Below, piece after piece: positions 37,890-46,178 of a stretch of 64,000 bases of DNA (position 1 is the first letter of the stretch; every line of letters starts with the position of its first letter). The notes below the pieces were generated by a model that had not been told where the DNA came from, searched no databases, and saw only the letters and a list, made by a program, of their open reading frames with translations. The position numbers were made by a program, and so were the translations under genes. Origin of the DNA: Prevotella sp. (GTDB lineage Bacteria > Bacteroidota > Bacteroidia > Bacteroidales > Bacteroidaceae); NCBI GenBank assembly GCA_021204905.1, contig JAJPYN010000011.1:16803-80802 (forward strand). The letters run 5' to 3'.

Positions 37890-37994
37890 GTTGAAACGCA
37901 GGCGACAATTAAGGCTGGTGCTCGTGGCGCAAAACTTAGCCGGGATTATAGTAGCGACTAAGATAAACTTTTCCCCTCGCCAAACTCCGCTCGC
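37890..37994 (-). repeat. Family-A intergenic repeat, copy c5 (inverted relative to c4)
   Basis: The sequence is gttgaaacgcaggcgacaa...cttagccgggattatagtagcgactaagataaac...ccaaactccgctcgc. Confidence 0.85.
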
Positions 37995-38045
37995 AAGACA
38001 TATTAAATAAATCCGGTTTTGTTCTCATTTGCACGAAAATTGCAC

Positions 38046-38053
38046 TACTTTTG
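38046..38053 (+). promoter_or_regulatory. -7 box (TACTTTTG) for the six-gene operon
   Basis: The motif lies 19 nt upstream of the ATG at 38072. I saw no other TAnnTTTG box until 46133. Confidence 0.5.
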
Positions 38054-38071
38054 CAGCGTAATTGAATAAAG

Positions 38072-39598
38072 ATGAGGAGCGGTCTATCAGGGAAATATTG
38101 GCGCGGGGGGCTGACGTTGCTGTTTGCGGCGGGTATCTTCGCGTTTTGGAAGTTCGGTTACCCTCAGGCGCTGTCGTATCAGGAGCAGAACCAGTTGTTC
38201 CTGTTCTCGGGCGATTATTTCTGGAAGGACGTGCGCGTGGCGGGGGGCTTGTCGGCGTGGTTGTCGGAGTTTCTCGTGCAGTTTTATTATGTGGAGTGGC
38301 TCGGTGCGCTCATCCTTGCTTTGCTGTTCGCGTGCCTGCAGCGGTTGACGTGGGTTTACATTAAGAGGTTGACGACGAGATGGCGCGCACTATGGTTTAT
38401 TGTTAGCTTCATTCCCGCGCTGTTGCTATTGGGCGTTATGGGCGACCATAATGTGCTGCTGGCGTTCCCTGTCGCCGTTGTTCTTGCCGTGGCGATTGCC
38501 GTGCTTATGCGGCGCGCGTCGTTGTGGTGGGACTTGCTTATAATTCCGATTTGCTTCTGGCTTGTGGGCAGCACGATGTGGATTTATGTTGCTTTGCGGC
38601 TGTTCGACAAAGGGCTGAGGCATTGCTACCTGCGTCTGTGGCTTGCGCCTTACCTGCTCGGCGTGCAGCTGTTGGCGGCTTATACGGTGCTGTCGCTCTG
38701 GTCGCCTGTTACGGTTATTCGCGGCAACGGCTATTACCGCATCCCCTACCCTTACACCGATTACACTTTCGGTTTCAACAAAGACGTTTACGAGCTGCTG
38801 CGGCAGGATTATCTTGTGCGCAACGAGCGTTGGGACGAGATTATCCGTCGTGCGGAGAAATACCAACCGAAGACGCCGTTCAGCTCGGTCTGCGTAAACC
38901 TTGCGCTGGCGAAGAAGCACCAGTTGGCCGAGCGTATGTTCGATTTCTACCAGAGCGGGCGGGACGCGCTGGTGATGCCCATTTTCCGCGACAATATGTC
39001 GGATATGCCCACGAGCGAGGTGTTTTGGCACTTGGGGATGATCAACTCGTGCCTGCGCTATTCGTTCGATTTGCAGGAGGCCATCCTCAACGCCAAACGG
39101 TCGTCGCGCCTGACGAAAAGGCTGACGCAATGTTACATCATCAACGGCAAGTATGAAGTGGCTCAGAAGCACCTCGCGCTGCTGAAAAAGACCTTGTTCT
39201 ACCGCCGTTGGGCGCTGGAGACGGAGCGTATTATGCAGAGCGAGGCGGCAATCAACGCGCACCCTGTCTACGGCCGTAAGCGGCAGTTGCGGTTTAAGAC
39301 GGAGATGCTTTACAACTACAACGAGATTGACAAGATGTTCGGTTTGCTCTTCGTCAACGACCCTTCGAACACGCTCGCGCTCGATTATTTTATGGCGCAG
39401 ATGCTCCTCCGCGGCGATGTCGACGGCTTCATCAACCACCTGCCGTGGGCGCAGCAGTACGGCGGTTACCAGCAGATGCCGCGCGGCTATCGTGATGCGC
39501 TGCAATGCATTCAGGCGGGCGGCAACTTGCCCGGTTCGTCTTACGCCAAGTACATCAAGTTTATGAGCGAGACGGGGCGCGTGAGGAAGCCTGAATAG
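38072..39598 (+). CDS. polytopic membrane protein with a helical-repeat C-terminal domain (DUF6057-like), paralogue A
   Basis: 508 aa with about 7 TM helices followed by ~270 aa of helical repeats. The ALSYQEQNQLFLF loop motif is shared with the paralogue at 41742. Confidence 0.6.
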   Translation: MRSGLSGKYWRGGLTLLFAAGIFAFWKFGYPQALSYQEQNQLFLFSGDYFWKDVRVAGGLSAWLSEFLVQFYYVEWLGALILALLFACLQRLTWVYIKRLTTRWRALWFIVSFIPALLLLGVMGDHNVLLAFPVAVVLAVAIAVLMRRASLWWDLLIIPICFWLVGSTMWIYVALRLFDKGLRHCYLRLWLAPYLLGVQLLAAYTVLSLWSPVTVIRGNGYYRIPYPYTDYTFGFNKDVYELLRQDYLVRNERWDEIIRRAEKYQPKTPFSSVCVNLALAKKHQLAERMFDFYQSGRDALVMPIFRDNMSDMPTSEVFWHLGMINSCLRYSFDLQEAILNAKRSSRLTKRLTQCYIINGKYEVAQKHLALLKKTLFYRRWALETERIMQSEAAINAHPVYGRKRQLRFKTEMLYNYNEIDKMFGLLFVNDPSNTLALDYFMAQMLLRGDVDGFINHLPWAQQYGGYQQMPRGYRDALQCIQAGGNLPGSSYAKYIKFMSETGRVRKPE

Positions 39599-39610
39599 AA
39601 GAAGGAAACG

Positions 39611-41083
39611 ATGAAAAGGATTTTTACATATCTGTCGATACTCGCGGTTGTCGTGGCGTTTGTTGCTTGCGGAGGCAGGGTGAAGGATGCCAAGCGCATC
39701 CACCGCGTGCCGCCGATTTTCCCCGATTACACCGAAGTAACCGTCCCCGTGGATATTGCGCCGCTGTGCTTCAACTTCGCCGACGAGAGCGTGAAGCGGA
39801 TGGATGTTGTCGTGCGCGGCAGCAAGGGCGGCGAGCTGCATTCGTCGGGCAGCTATGCCGATTTCAGCGTGAAGGCTTGGCATAAGTTGACTGAGCGGAA
39901 TAAGGGCGGCGAACTGATTGTTACGGTGTGCGTTAAGCGCGGCGGGGAATGGTTGCAGTACGACGATTTTAAGATTTACGTCAGCTCGTATCCGCTGACC
40001 GACTACGGCGTAACCTACCGGCGTATTGCTCCGGGCTACGAGGCGGGCGGCAACATCGGCATCTGGCAGCGCGACATACATTCGTTTAAGGAGAGCCCGA
40101 TTCTCACCGAATATTCCACGCCGACCTATTGCATGAACTGCCACACCGCCAACCGTTGCGACCCGAAGGAGTTCTCCATCCAGATACGCGGCGAGCGCGG
40201 CGCAACGATCTTGCAGATTGACGGCAAGCAGAAATTCCTGTCGACAAAGACCGACTCGACGCGCGCGGCGTGCAGTTACACCTATTGGCACCCGTCGGGC
40301 AAGTATATAGCCTACGCCACGAATGCGGTGTTTCAGGCGTTCTTCGTGGGGACGTACAAGCCGAAAGAGGTTTACCACACGTTCAGCGACATCGTCCTTT
40401 TAGACACGCGCACCGACGAGCTGATTTTAGACCCTCACCTGCAGACGGAGGATTTGGAGATCTTCCCCGCCTTTTCCGCCGACGGCAAGACATTGTTTTA
40501 CAGCACGTCGAAGCCCTGCCGGATGCCTGCGGAGTATCTGAAAGTGAAATGCAGCCTGTGCGCCATCGGGTTCGACGAGAAGACCGGCACGTTCGTTGGC
40601 GAGCCTGACACGCTGCTCAACGGACCCGCCGACGATATGAGTTACATCAACGCGCGGCCTTCCTACGACGGCAGATGGCTGATGTACACGCGTTGCAGCC
40701 GCAGCAATTTCTCCGTCGAGCAGCGTGATGCCGATCTGTGGCTGATGGATCTGCGGACGAAAGAAGTGAAGGAGCTGACCGTGATGAACAGCGATTTCAG
40801 CGACGGTTGGCATAATTGGAGCACCGACTCGCACTGGGTGGTGTTCGCCAGCAAGCGCGGCGACAGCTTTTACGGCAAGCTTTATTTCGCGTCGATCGAC
40901 GACGAGGGTAATGCCACGAAGCCGTTTCTCCTGCCGCAGCGCAACCCGCGCGAGTACTACCGGCTGACGTTCGACGCTTACAACGCGCCCGACTTCACCA
41001 AGACGCCCGTGAAATTCAATATCCGCGAGGCAAGAAAGAATCTGTTTAAAGGCGACAGGACACAAGTAGAAATAAGACAATAA
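39611..41083 (+). CDS. lipoprotein with a single CXXCH motif and PD40/TolB-like propeller repeats, paralogue A
   Basis: A lipobox (FVACG) is present. CMNCH lies at 40130-40144. PD40-like strings are WHPSGKYIAYATN, FSADGKTLFYS, PSYDGRWLMYT and WSTDSHWVVFASKR. Confidence 0.6.
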   Translation: MKRIFTYLSILAVVVAFVACGGRVKDAKRIHRVPPIFPDYTEVTVPVDIAPLCFNFADESVKRMDVVVRGSKGGELHSSGSYADFSVKAWHKLTERNKGGELIVTVCVKRGGEWLQYDDFKIYVSSYPLTDYGVTYRRIAPGYEAGGNIGIWQRDIHSFKESPILTEYSTPTYCMNCHTANRCDPKEFSIQIRGERGATILQIDGKQKFLSTKTDSTRAACSYTYWHPSGKYIAYATNAVFQAFFVGTYKPKEVYHTFSDIVLLDTRTDELILDPHLQTEDLEIFPAFSADGKTLFYSTSKPCRMPAEYLKVKCSLCAIGFDEKTGTFVGEPDTLLNGPADDMSYINARPSYDGRWLMYTRCSRSNFSVEQRDADLWLMDLRTKEVKELTVMNSDFSDGWHNWSTDSHWVVFASKRGDSFYGKLYFASIDDEGNATKPFLLPQRNPREYYRLTFDAYNAPDFTKTPVKFNIREARKNLFKGDRTQVEIRQ

Positions 41084-41084
41084 G

Positions 41085-41723
41085 ATGAGACGAATATTAT
41101 TTTTCTTAGCGGCGCTGCTGACTGTATGCTTCGCCGTAGAGAGTTGCAAAAACAACCCCGACGAGGGCAAATGCGTCATCGAAGGCACCATCAACCCGCG
41201 CTTCAACAACAAGAGGATTTTCCTTGTGCCGATGAACGGTCCGCAGGATGCCGCGCATGTCGACTCCGTCGTGGTCAGGAACAGCAAGTTCCGCTTCGTG
41301 AAAGACACCACCGAGTTGGCCGTCATCCGCGTGGATTATCATTTCCGCACGGGCGTGCAAGACTTGCTCCTTATCACCGAGCCGGGAAAGGTGGAGGTTG
41401 TGATTGACTCGGTTAGCGACTGCAAAGGCACGCCGCAGAACGACTCGATAAGCAAATGGAAAGGCATGTCGGCGCAGTTCAACGCCAACCACGTGGCGCG
41501 CGTCAGGCAGATGCGTGCGGCAAAGCGGCAGGGCGACACGCTCACTGTCAGCCGTATGAAGGCCGAGATCGACTCGTGCTATAAGGCGTACAAGGCGCAA
41601 TCGCGGCAGTTGGCGGACAACCTGAAAGAGGGCGTGCTGCACGACTTCCTCGAGACCACTTTCCCGCGCACTTATAAGAAGCGCATGCCCGACGGCAGCA
41701 TCAAAACGGTTGCTAACGAATAA
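41085..41723 (+). CDS. DUF4369-like lipoprotein without a thioredoxin domain
   Basis: A lipobox (AVESC) is present. CVIEGTINPRFNNKRIFLV resembles the DUF4369 N-terminal module of Bacteroidota TlpA-like proteins. There is no CXXC motif. Confidence 0.45.
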   Translation: MRRILFFLAALLTVCFAVESCKNNPDEGKCVIEGTINPRFNNKRIFLVPMNGPQDAAHVDSVVVRNSKFRFVKDTTELAVIRVDYHFRTGVQDLLLITEPGKVEVVIDSVSDCKGTPQNDSISKWKGMSAQFNANHVARVRQMRAAKRQGDTLTVSRMKAEIDSCYKAYKAQSRQLADNLKEGVLHDFLETTFPRTYKKRMPDGSIKTVANE

Positions 41724-41741
41724 GTCCGGCGCGCCGCACGT

Positions 41742-43487
41742 ATGATGTCCGCAATCTGTCGCCGGTCGCTCGTTGTGTCGCTGCTCTTCGCGGCGGCTGC
41801 GGCTGCGGTGTGGGCGGTGGAATATGTCGGTGCGCTGTCTTATCAAGAGCAATATCAGCTATTCCTTTGGACCGGCGGCTATTTCGCCTCGCGCATTGTT
41901 TTGCCCGGCGGACTGGCGGACTGGTTTGCCGAATGTCTGACGCAATTCAATTTCCTGCCCGCGTTAGGCGCGATAATCATTGCCGCGCTTTTCTTCGTAT
42001 TTCAGCGATTGACGTGGCTTGTGATGAAAGCTCTCGGCGCAAGCAGCGGCTGGTACGGCTTGTCGTTCGTGCCCGTCCTGTTGCTGTGGCTTTACCAGTC
42101 GGACCCGAACGTGATGCCGTCGCTGACAATATCATTGATTGCTGCAACATCCGCCGTTTATGCAATAATAAAATTCGCAAGGGGGAAAAAGGGCTGCACA
42201 TTAATAAATATCTTCGCTGTAATCATCCTCCTGCCGCTGTTCTATTGGCTGTTCGGCACGGCGGTTTATATCGTCGCAGCGGCAATCCTGATTGAGACAA
42301 TACGCTGCAAACGACCTTTATTCGGCTTGCTCGCCGCAGTTTATGCCGTCGCGTTCGTCTATGCGATGTCGTTCGTCCTGCCTTACTCCGAGAGCCGCCT
42401 GCTCATCGGGCTGCACTACTACCGCTATCCCGTCAACGTGCCTGCGATGCAATGGGTTGTGCTGGCGGCGGCGCTGCTTGTGCCTTACATTTCGGCGATA
42501 TTGCCCCGCTGGCGGTCGGTGGTCTTTGAGATAATCCTTTTGATAATGGTCTTCGCCGCGGGCGGAATAGCGATAAGAAACGCCTTCAACGACGATGCCC
42601 ACGAGCTGATCGACTACGATTACCTTGTCCGCACCGAGCAATGGGACGCCATCATCAGTAAGGCTGAGAAGAAGCAACCCTCGTCGCCGATGAGCGTGTC
42701 GATTGTCAACCTTGCGCTCAGCCAACGCGGACTGTTGCTCGAACGCTTGTTCCATTTCTTTCAGAACGGCGGCGAAGGGCTGTTCCCCGCTTTTTCGCGA
42801 GACATCCTCTCGCCTGTCTCCACGGCAGAGATCTTCTTCCGGCTCGGCATGGTCAACGATTGCGAGCGTTATTGCTTCGAGGCGATGCAGTCGATACCCG
42901 ATTTCCAACGCTCGGGCAGACTGATGAAACGCATAACGCAGTGCGAAGTAGCGAACGGGCAATACAAAGTGGCGAGGCGCTATCTGCTGCAACTATCGCG
43001 CTCGACGTTCTACCGCAAGTGGGCGAAAAAGACGCTTGCCATGCTCGGCAACGAACAGCTCATCAACGACGACCCGGCATACGTGCGTCTGCGCGGCAAC
43101 CGCGAGCAGCACTCCGACTATCTGTTCTCCGAGCGCGAGATGGACCAGATGACGGGCCTGCTGCTGATGAACAACCCGAAGAACCGCATGGCTTACGAAT
43201 ATCTCATCGCCTACGAACTGCTGCAACGCGACCTGCAACATTTCAGCGAGTACTACATCTTGGGGCAAAACATTGATTATCAGCGGCTTCCGACCGTCAT
43301 TCAGGAGGTGCTCATCGGGCAATGGCTGCAAACACACGGCACACTGCGCGGCATACCGTTCAGCGTGGAGCCGTCGGTGGTGAACGGTACGGCGGACTTC
43401 CTACGCGCATATATGGCAAACCGCGACGACGCGCGCCTAAAGCAACCGCCGATGTGTTACAACGCGTGGAGGTACCTGCTAAAATAA
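41742..43487 (+). CDS. polytopic membrane protein with a helical-repeat C-terminal domain (DUF6057-like), paralogue B
   Basis: 581 aa. It shares ALSYQEQYQLFLW, FQRLTWL, DYLVRTEQWD, VNLALSQ and RITQCEVANGQYKVA with paralogue A. Confidence 0.6.
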   Translation: MMSAICRRSLVVSLLFAAAAAAVWAVEYVGALSYQEQYQLFLWTGGYFASRIVLPGGLADWFAECLTQFNFLPALGAIIIAALFFVFQRLTWLVMKALGASSGWYGLSFVPVLLLWLYQSDPNVMPSLTISLIAATSAVYAIIKFARGKKGCTLINIFAVIILLPLFYWLFGTAVYIVAAAILIETIRCKRPLFGLLAAVYAVAFVYAMSFVLPYSESRLLIGLHYYRYPVNVPAMQWVVLAAALLVPYISAILPRWRSVVFEIILLIMVFAAGGIAIRNAFNDDAHELIDYDYLVRTEQWDAIISKAEKKQPSSPMSVSIVNLALSQRGLLLERLFHFFQNGGEGLFPAFSRDILSPVSTAEIFFRLGMVNDCERYCFEAMQSIPDFQRSGRLMKRITQCEVANGQYKVARRYLLQLSRSTFYRKWAKKTLAMLGNEQLINDDPAYVRLRGNREQHSDYLFSEREMDQMTGLLLMNNPKNRMAYEYLIAYELLQRDLQHFSEYYILGQNIDYQRLPTVIQEVLIGQWLQTHGTLRGIPFSVEPSVVNGTADFLRAYMANRDDARLKQPPMCYNAWRYLLK

Positions 43488-43497
43488 TCTTAACCAA

Positions 43498-44967
43498 ATG
43501 AAACACAGCATATTTGCATTATTATTACTCCTCTTGGCAGCTTGCAACACCGCGCCGCGCAACGCCAAGCACGCAAATAAGACGCCGGAGATTTATCCCG
43601 ACTACATCGGCGTAACCATCCCCGCCTCTATCGCGCCTATGAACTTCGACTTTGCCGGCGAATGCGACAGGATTGACGTGGTGATAACCGGCTCGAAAGG
43701 CGGGCGGCTGCATTCGGGCGGCAAGCGGCTGAACATCAATATCGACAAGTGGCACGCGCTGACCGAACGCAACAAAGGCGGGCGGCTCACCTTCGAAGTA
43801 AGCATACGGCGGGGCGCGACGTGGACGCAATATAAGCCGTTCGATATGTTTGTCAGCAGCGACGACCTCGGCGAATGGGGCCTCACCTACCGCCGCATCG
43901 CACCGGGCTATGAGGTGTTCGGGCGCATGGGCATCTACCAGCGCGACCTGTCGACATTCAAAGAGACGGCGATCATCGAGAACACGCTGCCGCCCGGAGC
44001 TTGTTTCAACTGCCACACATCCAACCGCACCGACCCCGAACAGATCACTTTCCACGTGCGCGGGGAGCACGGCGCGACATTCATCCGGCACGACGGCAAG
44101 GACGAGATACTGCAAGCGGTGAACGACTCCATCGGCGGCTCGCTCGTCTATCCCTATTGGCACCCGTCGGGAAGATGGACGGCATACTCGACGAACACCA
44201 CGCGGCAGGGCTTTCACGCCATACGCAGCGAGCGCATTGAGGTGTTCGACCAAGCCTCCGACGTGCTCATCTTCGACCCGGAGACGCACACCATCCTGCG
44301 CGACACGATAGTAGGCACGAAATCGCACTACGAGACCTACCCCGTCTTCTCGCCCGACGGCAAGACGCTCTATTTCTGCTCGTCGACAGCCGAACCTATC
44401 CCCGCGCGCTATCAAGAGATAAAATACAACATCTGCCGCATCGCTTTCGACCCCGCCACAGGGCAACTCACGGGAGCAGTCGACACCATTTTCAACGCGC
44501 GCGCCATAGGGAAAAGCGCCATCCATCCGCGGCCTTCCTACGACGGGCGCTACTTGATGTTCACCCTCGCGGACTACGGCTGCTTCCCCATCTGGCACAA
44601 GGAGGCGGACAACTGGCTGCTCGACCTGCAGACATTGCAAGCCGCCGCACTGACCGAAGCCAACAGCGGCGACACCGACAGCTGGCATAATTGGAGCGGC
44701 AACAGCCGGTGGTTCGTGTTCACCTCACGGCGCGGCGACGGCCTCTACACGCGCCTCTACCTCTGCCATATCGACGGCGGCAAAGCAAGCAAGCCGTTCC
44801 TTCTGCCGCAGAAATCGCCGAAAGCATTTTACAACAATATGCTCTATTCATACAACACCCCCGACTTCACGGCGCGCCCCGTAGCTCTCGACAAGCGGCG
44901 GACTTCCAAGGCGATAAGCAAAGCCGAGCGCGTGGCGACCAAAGTGAAAAATATGAACACAAAATAA
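43498..44967 (+). CDS. lipoprotein with a single CXXCH motif and PD40/TolB-like propeller repeats, paralogue B
   Basis: A lipobox (LAACN) is present. CFNCH lies at 44002-44016. It is colinear with paralogue A (YRRIAPGYE, WHPSG, FSPDGKTLYF, PSYDGRYLMFT, WHNWS). Confidence 0.6.
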   Translation: MKHSIFALLLLLLAACNTAPRNAKHANKTPEIYPDYIGVTIPASIAPMNFDFAGECDRIDVVITGSKGGRLHSGGKRLNINIDKWHALTERNKGGRLTFEVSIRRGATWTQYKPFDMFVSSDDLGEWGLTYRRIAPGYEVFGRMGIYQRDLSTFKETAIIENTLPPGACFNCHTSNRTDPEQITFHVRGEHGATFIRHDGKDEILQAVNDSIGGSLVYPYWHPSGRWTAYSTNTTRQGFHAIRSERIEVFDQASDVLIFDPETHTILRDTIVGTKSHYETYPVFSPDGKTLYFCSSTAEPIPARYQEIKYNICRIAFDPATGQLTGAVDTIFNARAIGKSAIHPRPSYDGRYLMFTLADYGCFPIWHKEADNWLLDLQTLQAAALTEANSGDTDSWHNWSGNSRWFVFTSRRGDGLYTRLYLCHIDGGKASKPFLLPQKSPKAFYNNMLYSYNTPDFTARPVALDKRRTSKAISKAERVATKVKNMNTK

Positions 44968-44970
44968 ACT

Positions 44971-46095
44971 ATGCTTTCCTTACACAAGCAAATCATCGAC
45001 CGGCGGATAAAGGCGGAAAAGACAATATTCACTGCCGCCGACGGGGAAAAGGAAATTCACGTCCTGCTCTCCGCCGACCATAATTCTGCAACGGATTTCC
45101 CCTCGCTGCTCGCCGCCATGCTAAAAGTTTGCGACCGGCAGGCGGCACAAGAGAACGCCGCAATAATCCTGCAAAGATTTTTCGTAACCGACGCTGCAAA
45201 CAGACAAGCGGTTATTCTTAACGCCCTGAAAAACAAACCCTTACGCGCCGTATCAATAGTAGAGCAACCGCCGGCGGACGGCAGCGAAATCGCGCTGTGG
45301 GCTTACTTGTCGACGGGCGCATCTGTTTCTAAAACAAAGGAGGGAATGATCATCGCCGAGCATAGGCAGTACACGCAGTTTTGGGCGACCAATCTCACGG
45401 CAAACGGCAGCGAGGAGCGCGAAGAGACTTTCAACATCTTCCGCCGCTATTCCGACCTGCTGGCAACGCACGGTTTGACCTTGCGCGCAGGCTGCCGGCG
45501 CACGTGGCTCTTCGTGAGCGACATCGACCGCCGCTATTCGGGCATGATACGCGGACGCAACGACGCCTTCGACCGCGAGGGGCTCACCGCAGAGACGCAC
45601 TTCATCGCAAGCACGGGCATCGCGGGCAACAACCCCGCAGGAAAGTCGGTGATGATGGACGCCGTGGCATACAAAGGCATAGCCGAAGACAAGATACATT
45701 ATCTATACGCCGCCAACCGGATGAACCGCACAAGCGACTACGGCGTGCGTTTCGAGCGCGGCACGGCCATCGACCTTCCGCAAAGCAGACTGGAGTACAT
45801 CTCCGGTACGGCAAGCATCGACAACAAAGGGCAAATCGTCGCGACGGGCGATGTACTCCGGCAAGCGGAACGGATGATGGGCAATGTCGAGGCGCTGCTC
45901 GCGGAGGCCGGTTGCAATATCGGCGACATACAGCAATCGCTCGTTTACCTGCGCAACGCGGACGATTATTTCAAAGTGGCTGAATGGTTCGACAACCGCT
46001 ACCCCGCCCTGCCCCGCCTCATCCTCCACGCGCCGGTCTGCCGCACGGACTGGCTCATAGAAATAGAGTGCATGGCAAGCGCGGCCAAGCCATAA
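44971..46095 (+). CDS. RidA/YjgF-superfamily protein, chorismatase (FkbO/Hyg5/XanB2)-like
   Basis: RRTWLFVSDIDRRYSGMIRGRNDAF resembles the chorismatase RxWNxxxxI...YxxFxxGRxxAF signature. The C-terminal YjgF-like end is ISGTASID..VYLRN..WLIEIECMA. Confidence 0.45.
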   Translation: MLSLHKQIIDRRIKAEKTIFTAADGEKEIHVLLSADHNSATDFPSLLAAMLKVCDRQAAQENAAIILQRFFVTDAANRQAVILNALKNKPLRAVSIVEQPPADGSEIALWAYLSTGASVSKTKEGMIIAEHRQYTQFWATNLTANGSEEREETFNIFRRYSDLLATHGLTLRAGCRRTWLFVSDIDRRYSGMIRGRNDAFDREGLTAETHFIASTGIAGNNPAGKSVMMDAVAYKGIAEDKIHYLYAANRMNRTSDYGVRFERGTAIDLPQSRLEYISGTASIDNKGQIVATGDVLRQAERMMGNVEALLAEAGCNIGDIQQSLVYLRNADDYFKVAEWFDNRYPALPRLILHAPVCRTDWLIEIECMASAAKP

Positions 46096-46132
46096 AACTC
46101 GCGTTTTATTTGCCTGTTACGCACTTTTCCAT

Positions 46133-46140
46133 TAATTTTG
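46133..46140 (+). promoter_or_regulatory. -7 box (TAATTTTG) for ppiD
   Basis: The motif lies 39 nt upstream of the ATG at 46179. Confidence 0.45.
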
Positions 46141-46178
46141 CGCGCATTGAAAAAAAGAATTAATTAAAAAACCATAAA

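Noticed and set aside
38490-38540. The SLWWD string in membrane protein A as a CcsA-type WWD haem-handling motif, which would have linked it to the CXXCH lipoprotein
   Set aside because: The motif is not conserved in paralogue B at the aligned position. The flanking sequence does not resemble the W-rich WGxxWxWD loop.
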